DNA from: Gemmatimonadales bacterium
Lineage (GTDB): Bacteria; Gemmatimonadota; Gemmatimonadetes; Gemmatimonadales; GWC2-71-9
Assembly: GCA_044867445.1 (NCBI GenBank)
Contig: JBIOUY010000116.1
Location: forward strand, 2,611-66,610
Direction of reading: 5' to 3'
DNA length: 64,000 bases
Shown: in pieces, positions 9,069 to 19,337 of the stretch
Position numbering within the stretch: position 1 is the stretch's first letter
Layout of the letters: each line of letters begins with the position of its first letter
Notes under the pieces: model-generated
The model's input: the letters and a program-made list of their open reading frames with translations, nothing else
Told to the model about the DNA's origin: nothing
Database searches by the model: none
Translations under genes and position numbers: made by a program

Positions 9069-9991
9069 CCTTCCCTCACTATGGTGGTGCCGGTCTCACC
9101 GCGAAGAGCAGCGGGGCCATCAGACAACCGCGCGATAATGGCGCGTCCGCCGCCACGTACGAACTGCAGGGCCGCCTCCATCTTGGGCTTCATCCCACCG
9201 GCATCGAGCCCGCCGGCGGCAATGAGAGCCTCCGCCTGCGCCACGCCCATTCGGCGTATGGGACGAGCGGCCGGAGTGCCCCATCCTTCGAAGACGGCGT
9301 CGACATTGGTGAGAATCATGAGCACCTCGGCCGCGAGCTGGGTCGCGAGAATGGCGGAAACGCGATCCTTGTCAACCACCGCGTCCACTCCCTCGAGGCC
9401 GAGCAAAGGATCCTGGTACACCGGTGGGCCGCCGCCGCCCGCAGCGATCACGATCGCCTCCTGCTCCAGGAGTCGCCGTACCACCGGAAACTCTACGATG
9501 CCGAGTGGCAGCGGGCTGGTGGCCATCCTCCTCCAGGCGCCCGAGCCGTCCATCTCCACCACCCTTCCCAGCTCCCGGAGCTGAGCCGCTTCAGTATCGG
9601 AGAGCGCGTGCCCTACCGGCTTGGTGGGTCGGGAGAGCGCCGGATCGTATCGGTCCACCAGGGTCTGGGTGATCACGGTGACCACTTCGCGCTGGATGCG
9701 GGCCACCGCCAGCGCATTCTGCAGCGACTGCTGCAGCATGTAGCCGATCCAGCCGGCGGTCTCAGCCACCAGCACACCGAGGGGAAGCGGCTGGACCTGG
9801 CGCCGCGCGGCCTCATTGCGAACCAGCTCGTCACCGACCTGAGGGCCGTTGCCGTGGACGATGGCGATTCGCCAACCCGCGCGCGCCAACTCGACGATCG
9901 GAGCGACGCTTTCGCGAGCGCGCCGAAACTGGTTGGCGACGGTGGGCGGCTCCCCGGCATGCGCGAGCGCGTTGCCGCCGAGTGCCAGCAC
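9065..9991 (-). CDS. arcC: carbamate kinase-like (amino-acid kinase family)
   Basis: 308 aa. Contains LALGGNAL and the HGNGPQVG motif. Stop overlaps the sucC GTG start (GTGA). The exact start is uncertain (GTG 9991). Confidence 0.75.
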   Translation of the reverse strand: MLALGGNALAHAGEPPTVANQFRRARESVAPIVELARAGWRIAIVHGNGPQVGDELVRNEAARRQVQPLPLGVLVAETAGWIGYMLQQSLQNALAVARIQREVVTVITQTLVDRYDPALSRPTKPVGHALSDTEAAQLRELGRVVEMDGSGAWRRMATSPLPLGIVEFPVVRRLLEQEAIVIAAGGGGPPVYQDPLLGLEGVDAVVDKDRVSAILATQLAAEVLMILTNVDAVFEGWGTPAARPIRRMGVAQAEALIAAGGLDAGGMKPKMEAALQFVRGGGRAIIARLSDGPAALRGETGTTIVREG

Positions 9992-10061
9992 CGCGGTGCT
10001 CAGTGACCACCCCCGCTGAAAAAGACCTCCAAGCTACCGTGGGCTTCGGGGGCGATCAAGC

Positions 10062-12512
10062 TCATGGTGAGGCGGAATCGACCGGCAATCCCAACGTGCG
10101 CCGGAGGGCATCCCAGGCTTGGCCGAACTCCACCCAATCGGCGGCGCGCAACGCGGAATCGGCCCGCTCCAGCCAGCGCCGCGCCTCATCCAGACGGTTC
10201 ACCTGAGTCGTGCCGGCGATGGCAGGCACGGACGCGCCGAGGAGATTGCTCCAGGCATCCTTGAGCGAGCGACCGGCGCCGAGACGGTTGTCCGTTGCCA
10301 CGCTCACCCAGGCCAGTGCCATGCCCCGCTCTCCTCGACGAGCAAAGTGCGCCTGATAGGCCACAATGCCGGAAGCATCGGCGTCGACCCGGACCGGTCC
10401 GCGCTCCAACTGGCCGCCGTCTTCGCGGATCGAGTCGCTCAGCGCGTCATATGATGGGAAGCGTGACCAACGGCTTTCCAGGGTGCCTCGCGCCGGCACG
10501 GTGGTGATGGAATCGAGCCGGAAGAGCCGCAGCTGATCCCGGCCTTCGTCCTGAACCCCGATCAGCACCGCGTTCAGACGGCGCTCACCCGGCCGTTCGA
10601 AGGTGATGGTGAGCTGCGGACCACTACTGTCCGGAGCCCAGCTCAGGTCGGCCCGGGGTAGCTCGTCGGCATCGGGAACCGGCCGCTCCGTCAGAGTACC
10701 CACGTGCCAGTCGCCTCGTTCCAGCACCCGTGCCTGCGCCCGGAATAGATCCGACGGATACGGCGCGGATCGGAGCACCGGCTCAGGAATATTACCCGAG
10801 GGCTCCACCAGGCCATGCGAGATCGCAGCCCATGCCTCAGCCATCCGGTCAGCGCCGGGCCGGAGAAAGATTCGGGTGGCACCGGTTTCCGCCGAAACCG
10901 TGGCGAGAAACGCGGCTCGCAAGGCTCCAATCCGGTGTTGTTTCCAGATGAGCCGGGTGGAGAGCGGAAAGCTGTTGGACGAGAGATACCCATCTACCAG
11001 CCACACCAGATTTCCATCGATAATCCGCGGAATGGGTGCGGACCACTGGGCAAAGGGAGCCGCCTGCTCGACGCGCTCAGTTGGCGAGAGGTGCCAATCG
11101 ACCCGGGTCCCCTGTGGCAGCGGACCCAGCAGTCCGCCGGCTTGAAGCGCCCAGGCCAGCAAGACTCGCGTGGGCCAATCGTCGACCGGAACTCCCGGCT
11201 CATCCGAGCGATTGATCCGATAATTCGGTGCCTCCGCGTGATAGGCTGGTGCTCCCACCTCGAGCAGGGATGCAGCGACCGGTCGCGGGAGCGAATCGCC
11301 ACTCTGATAGAAGAGCGGCTCGCCCGCCGGGCCAGCGCGGTCGTCGGCGATGCCGGAGACGGCGATGCGACCACCGGAGAGGGTTCGCGTGACCAGCCAC
11401 ATGGGGCGGGGTCGACCCTGGACCACCAGCATCGCCGGATCGGCGGTGAGCACCGAGGTGGAATCCGACGCCGCCACCCGGGTGACGATCGCAGGATTCC
11501 AGAGCGAGGGTAAAGTCGGCGGCTCTGTCGAGGCGCCACGCGTGAGCCGGACTTCGCGCAGTGCTTCGAGGCCGTAGGCCAGCCGATCGAACCGCTCGTG
11601 CGCCTTCGGGGGAACGATGGGCTCGTCAGCTCCGCCGAGTGCGGGCGGCACCATCCAGTGCCCCACCAGTGACGCCGACGCCAGGACAATCCAACCGGCG
11701 GCAGCCAGTGCGTGGCGAGGCCGCACGGCCCATGTCGCGGAGAGCCCGGCGGTGGCCAGCGCCACTCCAGCAAGAAGCGGGGCGACGATGGTCGCGCGCC
11801 ACGCCTGCTGATCGGGGTGATCGCCGAGGCCGGCAACCAACTCGTAGGGTTCGAGCAAATAGCCCCAGAGCAGGGTGAGCGCGAGGGCGGCGAGCAGCCA
11901 ACCGAGATGGGCCCGTGCGTGGGTGTTGATGGCTGGACGGCCTTCGATCCAGCGCACGGCGCCGACCAGCAGATACAGACCGAAGACGACGCTGAGCGCG
12001 AGGAGGACCAGCAGCAGGAGATAACTATGGGCAGCCCGCCACAGCGGGAGCTGCGCGAGGTAGACTCCGAGATCGTGCTGGGAGAGTGGATCGGACACGC
12101 CATAGGTCACGCCTTGCCAGGCCAGCGCGACCTCGCGCCACCATTCGGCGGGCTTGGTGCCGACCAGGAGTCCCAGTGCGGCGCCGATGGCGACCGCAAT
12201 GGAGAGCAGCACACTCGGTGTGAGTGCCTCTCGGAACTCCAGATTGGCCACATTGCGCCGAACTTGAACCGACCCCACGGCGCGGTAGACCAGGAGCAGA
12301 TGGCCCACGAACCACGCGCCGGCGATCAGCAGACCGGAGACCGCGAGGGTGAACCGTAGGATGTGCCAGTCGGTAATGAAAGTCGCCGCGGCGGGAGAGA
12401 GTTGAGCGGCCCACCATCGGTCGGCGAGCAAGCCGGCGACCCATCGCCCCGCGAACAGCAGTGCGACCAGCGCCAGGAGCGCGGCCGTGAGCCGCCCACG
12501 GCGCCGGGCCAT
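10062..12512 (-). CDS. UPF0182-family large polytopic membrane protein
   Basis: ORF 10062..12650 trimmed to ATG 12512 (MARRRGRLTAALLALVALLF), 5 nt after the upstream stop. Multi-TM N-terminal third followed by a large soluble region. The family call is from overall architecture only. Confidence 0.65.
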   Translation of the reverse strand: MARRRGRLTAALLALVALLFAGRWVAGLLADRWWAAQLSPAAATFITDWHILRFTLAVSGLLIAGAWFVGHLLLVYRAVGSVQVRRNVANLEFREALTPSVLLSIAVAIGAALGLLVGTKPAEWWREVALAWQGVTYGVSDPLSQHDLGVYLAQLPLWRAAHSYLLLLVLLALSVVFGLYLLVGAVRWIEGRPAINTHARAHLGWLLAALALTLLWGYLLEPYELVAGLGDHPDQQAWRATIVAPLLAGVALATAGLSATWAVRPRHALAAAGWIVLASASLVGHWMVPPALGGADEPIVPPKAHERFDRLAYGLEALREVRLTRGASTEPPTLPSLWNPAIVTRVAASDSTSVLTADPAMLVVQGRPRPMWLVTRTLSGGRIAVSGIADDRAGPAGEPLFYQSGDSLPRPVAASLLEVGAPAYHAEAPNYRINRSDEPGVPVDDWPTRVLLAWALQAGGLLGPLPQGTRVDWHLSPTERVEQAAPFAQWSAPIPRIIDGNLVWLVDGYLSSNSFPLSTRLIWKQHRIGALRAAFLATVSAETGATRIFLRPGADRMAEAWAAISHGLVEPSGNIPEPVLRSAPYPSDLFRAQARVLERGDWHVGTLTERPVPDADELPRADLSWAPDSSGPQLTITFERPGERRLNAVLIGVQDEGRDQLRLFRLDSITTVPARGTLESRWSRFPSYDALSDSIREDGGQLERGPVRVDADASGIVAYQAHFARRGERGMALAWVSVATDNRLGAGRSLKDAWSNLLGASVPAIAGTTQVNRLDEARRWLERADSALRAADWVEFGQAWDALRRTLGLPVDSASP

Positions 12513-12517
12513 GGGGG

Positions 12518-13888
12518 CTACGCGCGCACGCCTTGCCCGGCGAGCCAGCCTACGACCTCGCCGCGGTAGGCGTCCAGTGCCTGAGACTCGGTGGCCTCGA
12601 AGCGCATGACCAGGATCGGCTGAGTGTTGGAGGCGCGGAGCAGTCCCCATCCCTTGGGGAAAGTGACTCTGACGCCATCGATGGTATTCACCGGGTAACG
12701 GGACGAAAAGTATGCCGCGGCACGCTCCACGATGGCGAACTTCTCCTCCTCGGGTGCATCTACCCTGATTTCGGGCGTAGCGAAGGTCCTGGGAAGATCG
12801 GCTAGGAGAGGGGCCAGGCCGCGGGGCTGGCGGCTCACGATCTCCAGGAGTCGCGCGGCGGCGAAGAGGGCGTCATCGAAGCCGAGGTAATCGCCCCCGA
12901 AGAACATATGCCCGCTCATCTCACCCGCGAGAGGTGCATGCAGCTCCTTCATCTTCGCCTTGATCAGCGAGTGTCCGGTCTTCCACATCACCGGCTTGGC
13001 GCCGGCACTGGTGAGCGCCTGGGGGAGCACTTCCGAGCACTTGACGTCGAAGATCACTGGTGTCCCGGGGCCGTAGCGCCGGACGGCATCCCGGCCGAAG
13101 ATGACCAGCAGCTGATCGCCGAAGATGATCTGACCAAACTCATCCACCGCGCCGATCCGGTCGGCGTCGCCGTCGAAAGCGATGCCGAGCTCCGCGCCGT
13201 TGCGCCTGACCTCAACCTGAAGGTCCCGCAGGTTCTCGGGCACCGTGGGATCAGGATGATGGTTGGGAAAGGTGCCGTCCGACTCGCAGAACAGCGGCCT
13301 GACGTCAGCGCCAAGTCCGCGGAGGGTGGCGACGGCGACCAGACTACCGACCCCATTGCCGCAATCAACCGCGACCTTGACCGGCCTCTGCAATCGATGC
13401 CGCGCGATGATGGCCTCACGATACTTCTGCAGCACCGAGCCGTCGGCGGATTCCCGCCCGACTCCGCTTCGCCATCGCTCGGCGACGATGATCTCCCAGA
13501 GGCCTAGGATCTCCTCCCCATGAAAGGCCTCGCCCCCGAGCACCATCTTGAACCCGTTGAACTCGGGTGGGTTGTGTGAGCCGGTGACCTGCACACCTCC
13601 ATCGGTCCCCAAAGCCGAAACCGCGAAGTAGAGCGCCGGCGTAGGCAGCGTGCCGACATCCACAGCGGTTCCCCCCGCATCCATGATCCCCTGTCGAATG
13701 CCCTGGGACAACTCCGGCCCGGAGGGCCGGTTGTCCCGGCCGACCGCGATCGTAGGCGCACGACCCAGCCGCTCCCATGCGGCGCTTGCGAAGGCGCATC
13801 CCAGCGCCCGAGCGAGCTGGGCAGTGAGCTCCTTCCCCACGATGCCCCGGACATCATACTGGCGAAAGATGGACTTAGGGACGTTCAT
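12518..13888 (-). CDS. phosphomannomutase/phosphoglucomutase
   Basis: 456 aa. Contains the TGSHNPPEFNGFK phosphoserine loop and the FDGDADR Mg site. AGGAAAG Shine-Dalgarno upstream. Confidence 0.9.
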   Translation of the reverse strand: MNVPKSIFRQYDVRGIVGKELTAQLARALGCAFASAAWERLGRAPTIAVGRDNRPSGPELSQGIRQGIMDAGGTAVDVGTLPTPALYFAVSALGTDGGVQVTGSHNPPEFNGFKMVLGGEAFHGEEILGLWEIIVAERWRSGVGRESADGSVLQKYREAIIARHRLQRPVKVAVDCGNGVGSLVAVATLRGLGADVRPLFCESDGTFPNHHPDPTVPENLRDLQVEVRRNGAELGIAFDGDADRIGAVDEFGQIIFGDQLLVIFGRDAVRRYGPGTPVIFDVKCSEVLPQALTSAGAKPVMWKTGHSLIKAKMKELHAPLAGEMSGHMFFGGDYLGFDDALFAAARLLEIVSRQPRGLAPLLADLPRTFATPEIRVDAPEEEKFAIVERAAAYFSSRYPVNTIDGVRVTFPKGWGLLRASNTQPILVMRFEATESQALDAYRGEVVGWLAGQGVRA

Positions 13889-13901
13889 GCTTTCCTAACA
13901 G

Positions 13902-14003
13902 CGTGAACCGTGAAAGGTGAAACGTGAAAAGGACGGACGGCGCACCGGAGGTGTTGTGCCCTGTTACCTGTCACCTGTCACCTGTTACCTCTCACCTGTC
14001 ACC
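13902..14003. repeat. heptad-periodic two-block element 4 (CGTGAAA x4 ... CCTGTCA x6), nuoN|PMM spacer
   Basis: 13902-13932 cgtgaac cgtgaaa ggtgaaa cgtgaaa agg. 13960-14003 holds six units CCTGTTA/CCTGTCA/CCTCTCA. The arms are only partly complementary (shared GTGA core). The nuoN TGA lies inside the last unit. Confidence 0.8.
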
Positions 14004-15501
14004 GTCCAGCGACGGGCATGCCCGTCTGGGTCAATGTCTGCGCACTCCGCCCGGCCAGGTCCAGCAAGCCCCCGGGCCAGAAGCCGAACAGCAGGATCGC
14101 CGCAATCGAAAGCGCGAGGGCCCCCGCCGCGGCGGGTGCCAACCGAAGGCCGTCGAATCGCACCGATCTGGCGGCCGGCCTCATGTACATCGCCATAATC
14201 ACCGGCAGATAGTAGCCTGCGGAGACCACGCTGGTCAGCACCAGTATCACCGGTAGGATGACCTGCCCCTCAGCAACCACCGCCGTCAGGATGTACCACT
14301 TTCCAATGAACCCGAAGGTGCCGGGGAACCCCAGCAGCGAGAGCATGGAGACACTCAGTCCGGCCGCGACCCAGGGGCGAGTAGTGGCCAGGCCTGCGAT
14401 ATCATCGTAGGTCACATCCCGTTCCCCACCCCGACCGAGCACTGAGAGGAATCCGAAGCTCGCCAGGGTAGTGAGCCCATACGCCAGAAGGTAGGCCAGC
14501 ACAGCGCCGGCGCCGGTTCGAGAAGCGGGCCATACCGCTACCAGCAGGTACCCTGCGTGCGCAATAGAACTGTACGCCAACATCCGCTTCAGTGATCGCT
14601 GCGCCAGCGCAATCAGATTCCCTACCACCATCGAAGCGATAGCGAGGCCTGCGATAATCGGCTGCCAGATCCTATCGGCTGAGGGGAAGGTCTCGAGCAG
14701 CACTCGAACCAGAGCGGCGAACGCCGCCGCCTTGACCCCGCTCGCCATGAAGCCGGTGACCGGTGTGGGCGAGCCGTCGTACACATCCGGCGCCCACATA
14801 TGGAACGGAACGGCCGCGACCTTGAATGCGAAACCGATAAGCAGCAGCCCGAGGCCCAGGGCGGCCATCAAGGGCAATGGCCGTCCCGCGAGCTGCGCCC
14901 CGGCGATGGAGAGGTTCGTGGTTCCGGTGGCACCGTAGGTCAGCGCGATCCCGTAGAGCAGGAAACCGGAGGCAAAAGCACCGATCAGGAAGTATTTGAG
15001 CGCCGCCTCGGCGGAGAACGCATTGGCCCGGTTGTACCCGGCCAGGACGTAGACCGCTACCGACATGACCTCCAGCCCGAGGAACAGAACAATGAGGTCT
15101 TCCCCACCGGCGAGGAACATCATGCCGGCGGCAGCCAACAGGATCAGAGGGTAGTACTCTGGGGCCAGCAGGCGTTCCCGTTCCAGGTAGCCCAGCGAGA
15201 GCAGTATGGTTGCGCCGGCCGAGAGTAGCGCGATAGCCGAGGCGGCGTATCGAAAGGGATCGAGCGCCACCATCTGGGCCAGCCCATCGGGTACCACCTG
15301 GTTCACCCACAGCGCGGCGAGCCCTGCTCCGCTGACCAGGACCCCCGCGAAGCTGAGCCATCCCGCCAGACGACTGTCCTCTTCGGTCTGGTGACGCCAG
15401 CTCACGACCAGGAGCACGATGATGGCCCAGGTGGTGAGCAGGATCTCCGGGAGAAGTGCCAGCGTGATCCCCAGCGGCGAGGACAGGTCGAGCCGGGTCA
15501 T
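13999..15501 (-). CDS. nuoN: NADH-quinone oxidoreductase subunit N
   Basis: ORF 13999..15639 trimmed to ATG 15501 (ATGA overlap with the nuoM stop). About 500-aa antiporter-like polytopic protein, last gene of the nuo operon. Confidence 0.9.
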   Translation of the reverse strand: MTRLDLSSPLGITLALLPEILLTTWAIIVLLVVSWRHQTEEDSRLAGWLSFAGVLVSGAGLAALWVNQVVPDGLAQMVALDPFRYAASAIALLSAGATILLSLGYLERERLLAPEYYPLILLAAAGMMFLAGGEDLIVLFLGLEVMSVAVYVLAGYNRANAFSAEAALKYFLIGAFASGFLLYGIALTYGATGTTNLSIAGAQLAGRPLPLMAALGLGLLLIGFAFKVAAVPFHMWAPDVYDGSPTPVTGFMASGVKAAAFAALVRVLLETFPSADRIWQPIIAGLAIASMVVGNLIALAQRSLKRMLAYSSIAHAGYLLVAVWPASRTGAGAVLAYLLAYGLTTLASFGFLSVLGRGGERDVTYDDIAGLATTRPWVAAGLSVSMLSLLGFPGTFGFIGKWYILTAVVAEGQVILPVILVLTSVVSAGYYLPVIMAMYMRPAARSVRFDGLRLAPAAAGALALSIAAILLFGFWPGGLLDLAGRSAQTLTQTGMPVAGR

Positions 15502-17066
15502 GGCCGGATCTCCACCACCGGTCCGCTGCCGACCTTGACGGTCTCCGGCTGCGCCGGCCGGGGCCGGACTGCCTCGAGATACCGCTTCGTGGCCGGCTCC
15601 ATCCGCCGGAGCACCGGCGCGGGATAGAGGCCCAGCCACACGATGCCAACCACCAGCGGAACCAGAACCGCCAGCTCTCGTCGGCTCAGATCGGTCAGAT
15701 GCTCGTTCTCCGGATTGTCCAGCCGGTTAAAGATGAGGCGCTGGAGGGCCCACAAGAGGTAGGCGGCCGCGAAGATCACCCCGGTCGTCGCGATCCCTGT
15801 TGCCCAGGGAAAGGCGTTGAAGCTACCGAGCAGCACCAGGAATTCCCCAATGAAGCCATTGAGCCCGGGCAGTCCGATCGAGGACAACGCCACGACCGTC
15901 AGAATCAAACTGAACACGGGCACGACACGTGTGATCCCGCCATAATCCTCGATCAGCCGGGTATGCCGCCGTTCGTACAGCATGCCAACGAGGAGAAAGA
16001 GCGCCCCGGTTGAAAAGCCGTGACTGATCATCACCATGAGCGCACCCTGGACGCTCTGCACTGTTCCACCCCAAATGCCCAGCATTACGAACCCGAGATG
16101 GCTCACTGAGGAGTACGCCACCAGCTTCTTGATGTCCGGCTGGACCATGGAGACGAGGGCGCCGTAAATGATCCCGATGAGCGCAAGGGTGACCATCAAG
16201 GCGCTCACCTCGGTGCTCAGCGCCACCTGGGGGAAGAACGGCACGGCGAATCGGAGGAACCCGTAGGTCCCGATCTTGAGCATGATGCCCGCCAGGAGCA
16301 CGCTGCCGGCGGTCGGCGCCTCCACGTGAGCGTCGGGCAGCCAGGTATGGAACGGGAAGATCGGGACCTTGATGGCGAACGCCAGCGCGAAGGCGGCAAA
16401 GAGCCAGGGTGCCGTCCCACCGAGTGAGCCCAGGTTGTCGAGCACGTGCTCATAGCCAAAGGAGAGGATGCCGGTCACTGACTGGATCTTCCACACCAGT
16501 ACCACGATCGCGACCAGCATCAACAGCGAGCCCACCAAGGTGTAGACGAAGAACTTGATCGCCGCATACAGCCGGTTGGCCCCGCCCCAAATCCCGATGA
16601 TGAAGTACATTGGGATCAGCACCACCTCGAAGAACACGTAGAACAAAAACAGATCCAGCGCGATAAACACTCCCACCAGCCCCGTCAGCAAGGTGAGCAT
16701 CAGCGCATAGAATGCTCGTTCCTTGGTGGTGATGTAGTCCCAGCTCGCCAGGACGCTCAGGGGCATCAAGACGGTGGTGAGGAGCACCATCACCAGCGAA
16801 ATGCCGTCGATGCCCACACGGTAGCTGATGCCCCAGCTGGCGATCCACGGGGTGTTGGAGATGAGCTGCAGGCCGCCATGCTGGGGAGTAACCACCCACC
16901 AGAGACCTACGGACAGCAGGAACTCCACCGTGGTGACGACCAGGGCCGTCCATTTCGCGTTCCGCTCGCTGCCGAGGAGGACCGGAACAACACCCACCAG
17001 TGGCAGGAGAATCAGCGCGTGAAGAATCCATTGCCCATACCCTATGGATTCCAGGAGGGAGGTCAT
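15498..17066 (-). CDS. nuoM: NADH-quinone oxidoreductase subunit M
   Basis: 522-aa antiporter-like membrane subunit between nuoL and nuoN. Confidence 0.92.
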   Translation of the reverse strand: MTSLLESIGYGQWILHALILLPLVGVVPVLLGSERNAKWTALVVTTVEFLLSVGLWWVVTPQHGGLQLISNTPWIASWGISYRVGIDGISLVMVLLTTVLMPLSVLASWDYITTKERAFYALMLTLLTGLVGVFIALDLFLFYVFFEVVLIPMYFIIGIWGGANRLYAAIKFFVYTLVGSLLMLVAIVVLVWKIQSVTGILSFGYEHVLDNLGSLGGTAPWLFAAFALAFAIKVPIFPFHTWLPDAHVEAPTAGSVLLAGIMLKIGTYGFLRFAVPFFPQVALSTEVSALMVTLALIGIIYGALVSMVQPDIKKLVAYSSVSHLGFVMLGIWGGTVQSVQGALMVMISHGFSTGALFLLVGMLYERRHTRLIEDYGGITRVVPVFSLILTVVALSSIGLPGLNGFIGEFLVLLGSFNAFPWATGIATTGVIFAAAYLLWALQRLIFNRLDNPENEHLTDLSRRELAVLVPLVVGIVWLGLYPAPVLRRMEPATKRYLEAVRPRPAQPETVKVGSGPVVEIRP

Positions 17067-17073
17067 GCGGCGC

Positions 17074-19041
17074 TCACCTCATCACCGCGCTCAGTACCCA
17101 GAGCGCCCCTACCAGAAAGAGGACCACGTAGACCCCGACCTGACCGGTCTGCAGCCGGCTGCCGAGCCAGCCCAGTCCCTGCGAAAGACGAGCCGAGCCA
17201 TTGACGGCGGCGCCATCTACCACGCCCTGATCCACACCCTTCCAGAGCACGACCCGAGAGAGCCACACGACCGGACGCACGATCAGCCCATCGTAGAGCT
17301 CGTCCACGAAGTACTTGCGGTAGAGCAGCCGGGCCAGGCCAGTATCGACCGGAGCTTCGCGGGCAGGCCGGAGCGGCCGGGCGAGCGTTGCTCGAAATCC
17401 GGCCAGGAGGCCGAGGAGCCCGATGGCGACGGCGCCTCCGGTGAGAAAGAGCTCCACCTGCCCGTGAGGCATTTCCAGCGCAAAGAACTGCTCCGCTGGT
17501 GCAACCACCGGCTCCAGCCAACGCTCCAGAGCCGCGCTGCCGCCGGTGAAGGCTGGCAGGTTGAAGGCGCCACCCGCGAAACTCAGGATGCCCAGAACGA
17601 CCAGCGGTCCGGTCATGATGGCCGGGGCTTCGTGCAAATGGGCCCGCTCCTTTTCTCCGGTACGGTTGTTTCCCAGGAAGGTCATGGCCATGAGCCGGGC
17701 CATGTAGAAGGCCGTGAGCAGCGCCGCCAGGATGCCCATGGCATAATAGGCATAGTAGATCGGCTGCTCTCCGCCTCGGGCGAACGCGGCAGCCAGGATC
17801 TCATCCTTGGAGAAGAAGCCGGAGAACGGCGGGATGCCGGAGATCGCCAGGGTGGCGATCAGCATGAGCCAGAAAGTCGCGGGAAGGTACTCTTTGAGAC
17901 CGCCCATGTTGCGCATGTCCTGGGCGTCTTCATGTGAGTGAGTAGCGTGATAGGCGTGATGCATCGCGTGAATCACGCTGCCGGACCCAAGGAAGAGCAA
18001 CGCCTTGAAGAAGGCATGGGTGACTAGATGAAAGATGCCCGACACGTAGGCCCCGGTCCCCACACCCAGGAACATGTAGCCCAGCTGAGAGACCGTGGAG
18101 TAGGCCAACACCCGCTTGATGTCGTATTGTTTGAGACCGATTGTCGCCGCAAAGAGCGCGGTCAGCGCGCCGACGCCGGCGACGATGCAGCTCGACACCG
18201 GCGCCATGGCAAAGAGGACATTGGTGCGGGCAACCAAGTAGACCCCGGCCGTGACCATGGTCGCCGCGTGGATGAGCGCCGATACGGGCGTCGGACCCGC
18301 CATGGCATCAGGCAACCAGGTATAGAGCGGAATCTGCGCCGACTTGCCGGTACACCCGAGGAAGAGGAACAGGGTGATCACCGTGACGATGGCCCCGCCT
18401 TGCTCCAGCACCTGGGGCGCCTTGGAGAGCACGTCGACCAGGTTCAAGCTCCCGAAGGCGCGCCAGATGAAGAACATCGCCACCAGGAATCCGAAATCCC
18501 CGATTCGATTCATCACGAAGGCCTTCTTGCCGGCATCGGCGTTGGCCTTCTCGGAGAACCAGAACCCGATGAGGAGGTAAGAGGAGAGCCCCACCCCCTC
18601 CCACCCGATGAACAGCACCGGGAAGCTCGACCCCAACACCAGCACCAGCATGAACACGATGAAGAGGTTGAGATACGCGAAATACCGCGCGTAGCCCGGG
18701 TCCTCACCCATGTAGCCCACACTGAACAGGTGAATGAGGCTGCCGACGCCGGTGACGACCAGCAGCATCACTGTTGAGAGCTGATCGACTTGAAAGGCAA
18801 GGTCCACCTGGAGCCGCTCCACCGGCAGCCAGCTCCACAGCGACACGATGATCGGAGTATGTGGCGGGCTGCGCCAGAGCTCGATAAAGACGCCCACCGC
18901 GACGGCAAACGCAGCCAGCAGAACGCCCACTCCGACCGCCGACACCAGGCTCTTGGCCTGGGGACGGCGCAACGCCAACGCGCCGTTGAAGAGGAAGCCG
19001 GCGAGCGGCAGGGCGACGGTTAGCCAGACCAGTTTCGTCAT
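17074..19041 (-). CDS. nuoL: NADH-quinone oxidoreductase subunit L
   Basis: ORF 17074..19242 trimmed to ATG 19041 ([17 protein letters not shown]). 1-nt overlap with the nuoK stop. 655 aa. Confidence 0.9.
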   Translation of the reverse strand: MTKLVWLTVALPLAGFLFNGALALRRPQAKSLVSAVGVGVLLAAFAVAVGVFIELWRSPPHTPIIVSLWSWLPVERLQVDLAFQVDQLSTVMLLVVTGVGSLIHLFSVGYMGEDPGYARYFAYLNLFIVFMLVLVLGSSFPVLFIGWEGVGLSSYLLIGFWFSEKANADAGKKAFVMNRIGDFGFLVAMFFIWRAFGSLNLVDVLSKAPQVLEQGGAIVTVITLFLFLGCTGKSAQIPLYTWLPDAMAGPTPVSALIHAATMVTAGVYLVARTNVLFAMAPVSSCIVAGVGALTALFAATIGLKQYDIKRVLAYSTVSQLGYMFLGVGTGAYVSGIFHLVTHAFFKALLFLGSGSVIHAMHHAYHATHSHEDAQDMRNMGGLKEYLPATFWLMLIATLAISGIPPFSGFFSKDEILAAAFARGGEQPIYYAYYAMGILAALLTAFYMARLMAMTFLGNNRTGEKERAHLHEAPAIMTGPLVVLGILSFAGGAFNLPAFTGGSAALERWLEPVVAPAEQFFALEMPHGQVELFLTGGAVAIGLLGLLAGFRATLARPLRPAREAPVDTGLARLLYRKYFVDELYDGLIVRPVVWLSRVVLWKGVDQGVVDGAAVNGSARLSQGLGWLGSRLQTGQVGVYVVLFLVGALWVLSAVMR

Positions 19042-19337
19042 CAGCCCCGCAGCAGGTTGATGTTCTGGAGGTCGACCGACTGTTTGTGCCGGAAGATGGC
19101 AAGGATGATGGCCAATCCCACCGCTGCCTCCGCCGCGGCAACGGTCATCACGAAGAAGACCATGATATAGCCGCTGGCCCCATAGAGCTGGGAGAAGGCC
19201 ACGAATGACAGGTTGACCCCGTTCAGCATCAACTCCACGCACATGAACAGCACGATGGCGTTCCGCCGCAGGAGCACCCCAGCGACGCCCAGACTAAACA
19301 GGATGGCCGAGAGGCCGAGAGCAGGTCCGAGGAGCAT
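19041..19337 (-). CDS. nuoK: NADH-quinone oxidoreductase subunit K
   Basis: ORF trimmed to ATG 19337. 98 aa with three TM helices ([21 protein letters not shown]...). Confidence 0.9.
   Translation of the reverse strand: MLLGPALGLSAILFSLGVAGVLLRRNAIVLFMCVELMLNGVNLSFVAFSQLYGASGYIMVFFVMTVAAAEAAVGLAIILAIFRHKQSVDLQNINLLRG

Noticed and set aside
10010-10052. cccccg ... cggggg inverted repeat in the UPF0182|arcC spacer as a terminator.
   Set aside because: The stem is only 6 bp with a 31-nt loop, and the T-run lies inside the loop. The signal is too weak to call.
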